Below the pieces are notes generated by a model, which was not told the origin of the DNA, searched no databases, and saw only the letters and a list, made by a program, of their open reading frames with translations. Positions 18,499-27,197 of a stretch of DNA of 58,091 nucleotides are shown piece after piece (the first letter of the stretch is position 1; every line of letters begins with the position of its first letter). The DNA comes from a virus. Taxonomy: Duplodnaviria; Caudoviricetes. A program made the position numbers and the translations under genes. The stretch covers positions 1 to 58,091 of IMG/VR virus record IMGVR_UViG_3300032282_000782; one strand, written 5' to 3'.

Positions 18499-19406
18499 TG
18501 GCAAGTACCTATTCAACACGCATACGCCTAGAGAAGCAAGCAGCAGGAGAGAACCCAAACTCCTGGGGTGACCTCCTTAACCAGAACGTTATTGACTTGG
18601 TTGACCAAGCTATTGCAGCTTACACCACAGTAGCTCTTTCTGCTGTTGATGTCACACTGACAGCTAACAATGGTTCTACTGACCAATCACGCTCTCCATT
18701 CATTGAGTTAGCTGGTACAGTCTCTGCATCCCTTAACTTGGTGCTGCCCTCAGTGTCCAAAGGTTACTTGTTCAACAACAAGCTAACTTACCAGAACAGT
18801 GCCACTGTACAGATTAAGACTATTGGCGGTACAGGTATTACAGCCACACAGGGAGCTATCTTCCTTGTGGTGTGCGATGGTGTGTCAGTTTATTCACTCA
18901 ATGGAGCATCCTTTGGACTGTCTTCTACTTACGCTACTTTGTCTGCTACCAATGGCTTTACTGGTCTTAACACTTTCTCTAGCATTACAAACCTCAATGG
19001 CGCGGTATCAGCTTCTGGAGCAGTCTCTTTTGGAAACACATTCGCGGTTAGCGGGACATCTAGGTTCAAGCAAGCTGTAGGCACCATTGTTACATTAACA
19101 GATGCCGCTAGTGTTGTACCAGACATGTCACAGGGTAATAACTTTTATTTACAGATTACTTCTGCTGCCGGTACAACACGGACCATCACTAATCCTTCTA
19201 ACAGTATTCCAGGACAAACTGGACAAATCTATCTTGTACAAGCTGTATCAACTGGATCAAAGACAGCTTCATTTGGTAGCTCATTCAAGTTCCCCGCAGG
19301 TACAGCCCCGACTCTTACAACATCTATTGGATCGGTAGACCTTATCGTCTACAATGTTCGTTCCAGTACAGCCATTGACGCAGTCATTCTCCAAGACTTT
19401 AAATAA
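18498..19406 (+). CDS. Short tail fibre / tail structural protein
   Basis: MASTYS..RLEKQA.GEN...WG N-terminus; C-terminal domain paralogous to that of 13523. Confidence 0.75.
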   Translation: MASTYSTRIRLEKQAAGENPNSWGDLLNQNVIDLVDQAIAAYTTVALSAVDVTLTANNGSTDQSRSPFIELAGTVSASLNLVLPSVSKGYLFNNKLTYQNSATVQIKTIGGTGITATQGAIFLVVCDGVSVYSLNGASFGLSSTYATLSATNGFTGLNTFSSITNLNGAVSASGAVSFGNTFAVSGTSRFKQAVGTIVTLTDAASVVPDMSQGNNFYLQITSAAGTTRTITNPSNSIPGQTGQIYLVQAVSTGSKTASFGSSFKFPAGTAPTLTTSIGSVDLIVYNVRSSTAIDAVILQDFK

Positions 19407-19423
19407 AGTAAGTAAAGGGTAGC

Positions 19424-21295
19424 ATGGCTTCCACAGGGTCAACATACAAGCTTATAGACTTTAAGCCTGGGTTTCATCATGAGTCTACACAGTATGCTGA
19501 AGAAGGCAACTGGTACTCTGGCGATAGGGTACGGTTCCGTGTGGGCCGTCCAGAGAACATGCGTGGCTACCAGAAGCACAACACTAACCCGCTAATTGGT
19601 ACAGCCCGTGATCTAGTAACCTGGATCAATAACAACACTGAGAAGTTGATGTCTACAGGCACAGAGCAACGCCTGTATGTCTACTACAATGATTATAACT
19701 ACGACATTACTCCAATAACTACTGTGGTATCTGTTCTACAGGGTACTTACGGTAACTTTGTGACAAGCGTTGGTTCACCTCTTATCAAAGTAAGTATGAC
19801 TAACTCTGGTGTAAGTGTAGGTGACTGGGTTTACTTTGCCAGTACATCAATCAATGGCTTTGGTGCAGCGCATAATTTCGCTACATCAGCCTTTGGTGGT
19901 CCTACATTCCAGGCTGTAAGTGTTTTAGGTTCTAATGCCTTCTGGATCAGTGTAGCATCAGTGGCTGTATCAACTGAAACAGCAATGGGAAATGCAACTC
20001 TCAGCTTCCTTCTAGCTACACAGCAGACAACCAATATTCAAGGCTTAGGTTACGGTGCTGGTATCTATAACGCTGGTGTCTCTACTACAAACTACAGAGC
20101 CTGGAATACTGCTGCTTCAACTAGCGGCATTACCTTCCTTGCTAACCAGTGGTCATTGGATAACTGGGGTGAAGACCTGTTAGCTGTACGTCGCGGTGGT
20201 CCATTGTATGTTTGGGACGCCAACGCCTCTGTAGCTCCTGTACGGGCTACCTTGGTAACAGCAGCACCAGCTAAGATCAATTCTATTGTGGTGTCCCCTA
20301 ACGACAGACATGTCCTAGCCTTTGGGACATATGAGTATGCTACAAGCGCATTTAATCCGCTTCTAGTTCGTTGGTCAGATCAAGAAGATTACACCAACTG
20401 GACACCTTCTATTTCTTCCACAAGTGGAGAAATCAAGCTTATTGACGGTACTAAGATTGTTGGTGGTATTAGATCACGTAACGTTATCCACGTGTGGACA
20501 GATAGATCACTGTATGGTGTGCAGTACATTGGTCCTCCATACATCTTTAGTCAAGCTCAACTAGGTGCTAACTGTGGTCTTATCGGACCACATGCAGCAG
20601 TGGCTGTAGATGGCCTAGCTTTTTGGATGTCCCAGAATAACTTCTATTCCTTTAATGGTGGCCGTGTAGAGAAGCTAGACTGTACAGTTAACCGATATGT
20701 ATTTGGTGACTTAAACTATGGACAGTCAGACAAAGTGTACTGTGGCTACAACTCAGAGTTCAATGAGGTTATTTGGTTGTACCCATCAGAGACAGCCCTA
20801 GAGCCTGACAGGTATGTGATATACAATACACGGGATAGCCATTGGGTGTTTGGAACTAGCTTCTATGGCACCTTTGAAGATAAATCAATCTTTGATAACA
20901 CGTTAGCTACAGGGGCCACACCAGTCAGCGCAGCTAGTTACATCTGGGATAGTGAGCCAGTATCAGTTTACACAGGTAATGGATTAGCTCTTACTTCTTA
21001 TTTAGAGTCAGCAGACTTTGATATTGAAACTGGTTCTAACATTATGTTCATTGATAAGCTTATTCCTAACTTTGAGATTAACCAAGGTTCTATTAATTTC
21101 TCAGTTAATACACGTATGTACCCAGATGGTCCAGTTACAGAGAAAGGCCCATATCCAATTAACGACAGTACTCAGAAGGTTGATATGCGGGCTAGAGGGC
21201 GTCAGCTTAACGTCCGTGTAAGCACATCTGAGCTTGGTACCTACTGGAGGTGGGGTAGCCTACGCTTGGCTATCCAGAAGGATGGAGCAAGATAA
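19424..21295 (+). CDS. Tail nozzle / stabilisation protein (P22 gp10, T7 gp12-like)
   Basis: FKPG, D.VRFR.G.PE, WSLDNWGEDL, RWSDQE, CGLIG, F.EV.W.YPS, RARGRQ beta-propeller motifs. Confidence 0.8.
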   Translation: MASTGSTYKLIDFKPGFHHESTQYAEEGNWYSGDRVRFRVGRPENMRGYQKHNTNPLIGTARDLVTWINNNTEKLMSTGTEQRLYVYYNDYNYDITPITTVVSVLQGTYGNFVTSVGSPLIKVSMTNSGVSVGDWVYFASTSINGFGAAHNFATSAFGGPTFQAVSVLGSNAFWISVASVAVSTETAMGNATLSFLLATQQTTNIQGLGYGAGIYNAGVSTTNYRAWNTAASTSGITFLANQWSLDNWGEDLLAVRRGGPLYVWDANASVAPVRATLVTAAPAKINSIVVSPNDRHVLAFGTYEYATSAFNPLLVRWSDQEDYTNWTPSISSTSGEIKLIDGTKIVGGIRSRNVIHVWTDRSLYGVQYIGPPYIFSQAQLGANCGLIGPHAAVAVDGLAFWMSQNNFYSFNGGRVEKLDCTVNRYVFGDLNYGQSDKVYCGYNSEFNEVIWLYPSETALEPDRYVIYNTRDSHWVFGTSFYGTFEDKSIFDNTLATGATPVSAASYIWDSEPVSVYTGNGLALTSYLESADFDIETGSNIMFIDKLIPNFEINQGSINFSVNTRMYPDGPVTEKGPYPINDSTQKVDMRARGRQLNVRVSTSELGTYWRWGSLRLAIQKDGAR

Positions 21296-21564
21296 TGCTG
21301 TATCCAGAGCTTCCACAGTATGGCAGGATCACAGTAGAAGACTTACCAAAGATGTATATGGACTTGGTAAGGTACAGCACTGAGCTTAAGTTCCTACTTG
21401 AGCAGCGGGATGCTGTACTAAATAACAAGCCAGCTACAACTGTTTACACTGTAACCACCGTAACAAATATCAGCAGGGCGCGTGAGGGAGACATCTCTTA
21501 CTCCACATCCACTGGAAAGTTTAGAGGGTATGTAAGTGCAACCGGCTGGGTTAACCTGAACTAG
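21295..21564 (+). CDS. Hypothetical tail-associated protein
   Basis: TAATG coupling; C-terminal GDI.Y...GKF.GY....W..L. Confidence 0.6.
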   Translation: MLYPELPQYGRITVEDLPKMYMDLVRYSTELKFLLEQRDAVLNNKPATTVYTVTTVTNISRAREGDISYSTSTGKFRGYVSATGWVNLN

Positions 21565-21565
21565 C

Positions 21566-21877
21566 ATGGCACATGGAGAAGTAAAAGACCCTCTACGGAT
21601 CATGTTTGATCTAATTGAGAACAGCACCTACATCCAGAACATTAACCGTGGTGTAGCGTACACTGGTCCAGACCCATCTGATATAGGGGTACAACGACCA
21701 GCATCCTTCTTTGGTGCTACCACAGGTGAAGGCATGGCACATACCAAAGGATCACTGTATAATAGTACCCAGAGCCGTCCAGTACAGGACACACGCACTG
21801 GCGCTCCAAGTAACCCAACTCCTATTCAATCCAACTATATGTCTCTTAATGGCATAGCAAGAGGAAGTAAAGCATAA
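21566..21877 (+). CDS. Hypothetical protein
   Basis: Fills the gap between flanking genes with 1-2 nt spacers. Confidence 0.55.
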   Translation: MAHGEVKDPLRIMFDLIENSTYIQNINRGVAYTGPDPSDIGVQRPASFFGATTGEGMAHTKGSLYNSTQSRPVQDTRTGAPSNPTPIQSNYMSLNGIARGSKA

Positions 21878-21879
21878 CG

Positions 21880-24333
21880 ATGGCATACGCTGTAAACCAC
21901 GATGCACCTATGGGTGGCTTGGCTTCTCTGATGGCTATGAAAGGCCGTATGGGAGACACTGAACTTGTCCATATGTCCAAGCCAGAAGTAGATGCTCTAG
22001 GAGCTATGGGTAAGCTACACGTTAACCCTCAGACTGGCCTTCCAGAAGCATTCGGTTTACGTGAAATCATTCCTATGGCAGCTACAATTGGTGGTACCAT
22101 CTTTGGTGGCTCTCTTGGTGGTGCTGCTGGTTCATTCTTTGGTAACCTAGCTACAGGGCGTAACTTAGGCGACTCAGCTATGTCAGGTCTTATGTCTTAC
22201 GGGCTGTCCAGCTTAATGGGTGCCGCTTCAGAAGCGTTCAGTGGTGCTGGAGATACGGCGGCTGGGGCTGCTCAGGCTGGAGCCGGTAATGGCGCTGAGG
22301 CTAGTGCTGGTTCAATCAATGGAGCGGGTGTTGTTAGTGACGGTACCTTTAATCCAATAAACAGCTTTAGCGATGAAATGATTGCTAATAGTGGCAGTGA
22401 CTACGCCTTTGGTAATGGTCCTTCTTTATCTGGTTTGAGTGACGAAATGGTTGCTAATAGCAGCAATATGTACGCTCCTGTAGAAACTTCAAGCTTCACA
22501 CAAAGTCCCGTTATGGCCCAAACTGCTCCCCTTGGTGGTCAAGATGCTATAACGTCTTCTTACGTTCCCCTAACAGATGCTCAGTTAGCCCAAGCACCAG
22601 CTAAAGTCACACAGACGGCAAGTGCTGCTCAAACAGGAGACGCCCCATTGTTTGAGTATAAGCCTGTCCCAGAGTCTGCTCTTAAACAGGATAAGGGTGT
22701 TTGGGCTGGGATGAAGAGAGACTACAACAATCTATTCAATGACCCTAATAGAGCGCAGTCTGCCTATGGGGCTGGTACAGATAACTGGGGTCGTGCTGGA
22801 GACTGGAAGACCTATGCCGGTCCTGTGGCTTCAGCAGCATTAACACCTCCAGAACAAGAAGAACAGAAACTTAGTGGACTCCAACGTCCAGCACCCCCAT
22901 CTTACTACGGCTCTAAAGTAGCCAAAGGTGGTCAGCGCACAGGTAGCCCAACCAGTAGCCAGAATGCTCTGGACATTGCACTTGGTCGCGCTCCTAATGA
23001 ACAGCAGATGAAACCTGTTGTGTACAGAGATAATCCAGACTACGAAGGTACCCAGTACGCAGCATCTGGTGGATTGACTGGCATGATGGCTACGGGTGGT
23101 GCTATCCGTAAGATGGCACAAGACCTACAGAAGAAGGGCAACAACGGAGATACCATCCTTGCCCACATCAACCTACAGGAAGCTAAGATGCTTAAGCGGG
23201 CTGGTGGGTCAGGTACTGTTAACCCAAAGACTGGGTTGCTACAGTTTGATGACGACGATAGCGGCGGGGGTGAATCGGATGGTCCCTCTGGTCCCGATGG
23301 TCCCTCTGGTCCCGATGGTCCCGATGGTCCCGATGGTCCCGCTGGTCCCGATGGTCCTGCACCAGAGGCTCCTGCACCAGAGGCACCAGCTTGGCAAGAC
23401 CCTGACGCTAGCCCTCCTGGCCTTGAAAGTCTGACGGAACCTGGGGGACCGCTTGGTTCAGGCGGTTCTTTCACCTCTTCTGGCCCATCTTGGGGTGGTC
23501 CCGGAACTGGCGGTAAAGGTGGTCCCGGAACTGGTGATGTACCAAACTTAAACAACATTCCTAATAAGGATGATGTTGAGACGCCAGCGGAGCCAGAGAC
23601 TAAGTCCTCCGGTCCTTCAGAGTACAATCCTGGGTTCCTTGGTCACGTGGGAGACTTCATGCGTAATATTACGTATGATCTACGGAACAATCCACTTTCT
23701 ACTATGGTAAACTTGGGGGTGGCGTTAACTCCCGGATTACAGGCAGTCGGTCTAGCTAATACAGCTATGGGACTTGCTGGAAAGGGTACTATAGGGGGTG
23801 CTGTTACTGGTCAATTCGGTCCTGCGGCACAAGCAGAAAGAGACGCTGCCAAAACAAATGCCGAGGAGTGGGCTGCACACAACACACAAATGGCTGGCGC
23901 AGCCGCTCCAGGTGCTGCCCCTGCCGGTGGTCCTCCTGGGATAGGTCAAGAAGGCGGTTCTAGCGGAGTACAGCCCTATTACCCCCCACGGGTGGCTCAA
24001 GGGGGCGGATTAGTCTCTTTGGCTACTGGCGGTCAAGCAAAGGCTCCACAGGGCAAACAGTACTTTGAGGGACAAGTAGAGGGTAACGGCGATGGTATGT
24101 CAGACGAAGTGCCTTTTGACATTCACAACTCCAACCCTAACAAGGCTCTCCTATCCAAAGACGAATACGTCCTACCTGCTGACGTAGTTAGCATGATCGG
24201 TAATGGGTCTTCCAATGCTGGTGCAGAAGAGATTGACAGGTTCGTAGCCCACATCCGTAAGAAGGCCCACGGTGTTTCCAAGCAGCAGACCCAGCTTAAG
24301 GGAAGCAAAGGGTTACAGAGCTTAGTGGCGTAA
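21880..24333 (+). CDS. Putative internal virion (ejection) protein
   Basis: G/A-rich hydrophobic stretches; two GDT..H..NP.TGL modules; (GPx)n tract; C-terminal G.GDGMSD....LS..EYV.PADVV domain. Confidence 0.7.
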   Translation: MAYAVNHDAPMGGLASLMAMKGRMGDTELVHMSKPEVDALGAMGKLHVNPQTGLPEAFGLREIIPMAATIGGTIFGGSLGGAAGSFFGNLATGRNLGDSAMSGLMSYGLSSLMGAASEAFSGAGDTAAGAAQAGAGNGAEASAGSINGAGVVSDGTFNPINSFSDEMIANSGSDYAFGNGPSLSGLSDEMVANSSNMYAPVETSSFTQSPVMAQTAPLGGQDAITSSYVPLTDAQLAQAPAKVTQTASAAQTGDAPLFEYKPVPESALKQDKGVWAGMKRDYNNLFNDPNRAQSAYGAGTDNWGRAGDWKTYAGPVASAALTPPEQEEQKLSGLQRPAPPSYYGSKVAKGGQRTGSPTSSQNALDIALGRAPNEQQMKPVVYRDNPDYEGTQYAASGGLTGMMATGGAIRKMAQDLQKKGNNGDTILAHINLQEAKMLKRAGGSGTVNPKTGLLQFDDDDSGGGESDGPSGPDGPSGPDGPDGPDGPAGPDGPAPEAPAPEAPAWQDPDASPPGLESLTEPGGPLGSGGSFTSSGPSWGGPGTGGKGGPGTGDVPNLNNIPNKDDVETPAEPETKSSGPSEYNPGFLGHVGDFMRNITYDLRNNPLSTMVNLGVALTPGLQAVGLANTAMGLAGKGTIGGAVTGQFGPAAQAERDAAKTNAEEWAAHNTQMAGAAAPGAAPAGGPPGIGQEGGSSGVQPYYPPRVAQGGGLVSLATGGQAKAPQGKQYFEGQVEGNGDGMSDEVPFDIHNSNPNKALLSKDEYVLPADVVSMIGNGSSNAGAEEIDRFVAHIRKKAHGVSKQQTQLKGSKGLQSLVA
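23281..23391 (+). repeat. 9-bp GGTCCCnnT repeats encoding (Gly-Pro-X)9, followed by APEAP repeats
   Basis: GPSGPDGPSGPDGPDGPDGPAGPDGPAPEAPAPEAPA. Confidence 0.9.
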
Positions 24334-24767
24334 TGCACTTACTGTTAATCAAACAGGAAGAGATACAAGCCTCTTGGCACTACGTCAGGGACTTACTTCA
24401 ACAACCTCTGGACCTAAATCTAGGGGAGTTTAACTCTGAGGACATCTATCAGTGGTTACTTGGTGGTCAGATGCAGTTATGGGTCTTACTTGATCCAAGA
24501 CACAAGGGTATCCTCCTGGCGGCAGTAACAGAGTTTGTTGTGTACCCAAGAGAGAAGAGACTACGGATGGTCTTGGTTGGAAGTAAGCCAAACACCATAG
24601 ATCACTGGCTGGACTTCTGTTGGGAAACAGACTCTAAGCTGTTACAATATTGTAGAGAAAACGGTGTTAAACGGATTGAATCAACTGGTCGTGACGGTTG
24701 GACTAAAGTATTAGGTAAGGTTGGGTTCAGTAAGTACTACACAGTTTTAACAAAGGAAGTTAATTAA
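24333..24767 (+). CDS. GNAT-fold acetyl/acyltransferase-like protein among ejection genes
   Basis: MQLW, VTE...YP....L, C.E.G...IE..GR.GW...L...GF; position analogous to T7 gp13-like genes. Confidence 0.6.
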   Translation: MHLLLIKQEEIQASWHYVRDLLQQPLDLNLGEFNSEDIYQWLLGGQMQLWVLLDPRHKGILLAAVTEFVVYPREKRLRMVLVGSKPNTIDHWLDFCWETDSKLLQYCRENGVKRIESTGRDGWTKVLGKVGFSKYYTVLTKEVN

Positions 24768-24769
24768 AG

Positions 24770-27193
24770 ATGGTCTATGTTAAATACATTCTAGCCAGCC
24801 TGTCCGTCAAGGAGAAGGTTGAACTATTCAAACGGCTATATGAAGAAGTAGCTGGAATGGGTATTAATGGGGACACTGAGCTAGCCCATATTAACAAGCA
24901 CGAAGGTGCCATCTTAAAGATGATGGGTGGTTCCGGTACCATCAACGAAGCGACTGGTCTTATCCAGTACTTCGGCGGTAGCCCTCCTCCCCCTCCCGCT
25001 GCCTCTAGTACTGTAACTCAACAGGCTACAATCCCTGATGAAATGAAGCCGTACATCACGGATGTACTTACTCAGGCACAGGCACTAAACAAGCAGCGTA
25101 CTGAGGAAGGCTACCAGCCATACCAGGGTGCCCAGATTGCTGACTTCCAACCTGAACAGACACAGGCTCAGCAAGGCATCGCTGGTCTAGTTGGCTCTGG
25201 ACAGCAGTACTTCGATAAGGCTGCTAACCTAACAGAACAGGCGGGTCAGGCTCCTACAGCAGAAGCCTTGCAGTCGTACATGTCCCCCTACATGCAGAAC
25301 GTTGTGGACATTCAGAAGCGTGAGGCAATGCGTCAGGGTGACGTAGCTGCACAGGGACAGGCTTACGGAGCCACACAGGTTGGTGCCTTTGGTGGTAGCC
25401 GTGATGCTATCGTACAGGCTGAGAATGAACGTAATCAGCAGACACTACTTAACGATATTCAAGCTAAAGGGAGTGCTGCTGCTTATGCAGACGCTCAGCA
25501 ACAGTATGCCGCACAACAGAAGAATGCTCTTGCAGCAGGTGCCCAGTATGGTCAGCTAGGGACAGCAGTTCCTGGTCAGGCTATGAAAGAGTTTGGTGCT
25601 TTGGAGTCAGTTGGTGCCGCTAAGCAACAGCAGGAACAACAGGCTCTTAACCTTGCTAAGCAGCAGTTCATTCAGGAACAGACATTCCCTGAGGCTAACT
25701 TACAGCAGTACTCTTCTATTATTCGTGGGTACAACCTTCCCCCTAACACCTATCAGTCAGCGCAGACAACCACTCCTGCTCCTTCATACATGCAGCAGAT
25801 CGCTGGCTTGGGTATGGCAGGTGCTGGTATTGCTGGTGCCTTTGGTGGGTTTAAGGGTGCTAAGGAAGGAGGCTTAGTTGGTTTGGCTAAGGGTGGTAAA
25901 GTCCTGAAACGTGAAACAGGTGGTTTAGCAAGCGAAGCTACTGACTTATCTATAAAGACAGACGACGAATTACGGAAGATGCTAGCAGCATCTGAACTAC
26001 CTATACCATCAGTTCAAGAGGAGTTATCTAAACGCCCTTCCGCCGCGCCCCTTAAGGGGACAACTTTAATTGATCGCATAAACAACTCAGTACGAAATGC
26101 TTCTGGTCTTGGAAGGGATGTTTCAAAGGTTGGGGATGCTGTAGGCTCAGGGTTATCTGGAGCATACGACTATGTTATTAAAAGACCAGTAAAGTACATT
26201 ACGGGGTATCCTCAGGATTCTGAGCAAGCTCCTGCTGCACCACCTAAGAAAGAAGTAGGAGCGCCTACCCAGACTCCCCCCGCACTTACAGCGCCTCCAG
26301 TTAAGGAGCCTGATGTAGCGGAGGAGAAGCCAGCAGCTAAAACACTTTCACCACGTGCTGTTGTAGATACAACCAAGTGGGATGACATGCTTGCTAACGT
26401 AGGTAAGAATGACGACGCATCCACTACGGAGCTTAACAACTTACGTACTGACCTTGCACTTAAACTAGACGAAGCTTCTGAGAAGAAGAAGGGTATCTTG
26501 GGTAAGCGTCAAGAAGAACTTGGTAAGCAGAAGTGGATGGCGCTTGCTGAGATGGGAGCTTCTGTACTTGCTCAGCCAGGAGGTCAGACATTCCTTCAAT
26601 CTATGGGTAGGGGTGTTAAGGAGTCTGGTATTATTGGTACACTTGCCAAGATTGGTGATAAGGCTTCTGACATTGAGACTGATTTAGCTGAGATGGACAC
26701 TAAGACCATGATGGCTAAGTACGGTCTAAAGAAGGATCAGATTGCTGATATTAAGGATCAGAAAAAGCTTGATATTGAACGCATGAAAGCAATCTCTGAA
26801 GGTAAGTACCGTGAAGAGATGATTGGTGTTTATAAGGATAAAAATGAGACTGATGCGGAGAAGGCGGGGCTAATTGCAAAAGCCGCTGAACAAAGCTTAG
26901 CTGCACGTATTGAAAACAATCGTGCAACACAGGCTAATAGAGCGCTTGTACTGGAGAACGTTCAATTCAAAGACGACGCTAAAGCTGCTGTAGATATGCA
27001 GAAACTCAAGGACGGCGATGGTTTAAGGTACAAGGAGGATATTGCGGAAGCACTCCAAGCCGTCCCGCCCAGCAAAAAGCAGACAATAGCCTACTTAAAC
27101 GGACTGTACAACGCAGCTAAACCGCGACCTGCTGAGAAAAAAAATATTGGTGGGTTAATTAAACCAAGGGGTATGGCTGGGGAAGCAATTTAA
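24770..27193 (+). CDS. Putative internal virion / DNA transfer protein
   Basis: YQPYQG..IA.F...Q, YMSPY.QNVVD, GAFGGSR, Q/A-rich helices. Confidence 0.75.
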   Translation: MVYVKYILASLSVKEKVELFKRLYEEVAGMGINGDTELAHINKHEGAILKMMGGSGTINEATGLIQYFGGSPPPPPAASSTVTQQATIPDEMKPYITDVLTQAQALNKQRTEEGYQPYQGAQIADFQPEQTQAQQGIAGLVGSGQQYFDKAANLTEQAGQAPTAEALQSYMSPYMQNVVDIQKREAMRQGDVAAQGQAYGATQVGAFGGSRDAIVQAENERNQQTLLNDIQAKGSAAAYADAQQQYAAQQKNALAAGAQYGQLGTAVPGQAMKEFGALESVGAAKQQQEQQALNLAKQQFIQEQTFPEANLQQYSSIIRGYNLPPNTYQSAQTTTPAPSYMQQIAGLGMAGAGIAGAFGGFKGAKEGGLVGLAKGGKVLKRETGGLASEATDLSIKTDDELRKMLAASELPIPSVQEELSKRPSAAPLKGTTLIDRINNSVRNASGLGRDVSKVGDAVGSGLSGAYDYVIKRPVKYITGYPQDSEQAPAAPPKKEVGAPTQTPPALTAPPVKEPDVAEEKPAAKTLSPRAVVDTTKWDDMLANVGKNDDASTTELNNLRTDLALKLDEASEKKKGILGKRQEELGKQKWMALAEMGASVLAQPGGQTFLQSMGRGVKESGIIGTLAKIGDKASDIETDLAEMDTKTMMAKYGLKKDQIADIKDQKKLDIERMKAISEGKYREEMIGVYKDKNETDAEKAGLIAKAAEQSLAARIENNRATQANRALVLENVQFKDDAKAAVDMQKLKDGDGLRYKEDIAEALQAVPPSKKQTIAYLNGLYNAAKPRPAEKKNIGGLIKPRGMAGEAI

Positions 27194-27197
27194 TAAC

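Noticed and set aside
23040-23627. Antisense collagen-like ORF
   Set aside because: Mirror of the GGTCCC repeat in the + strand gene.
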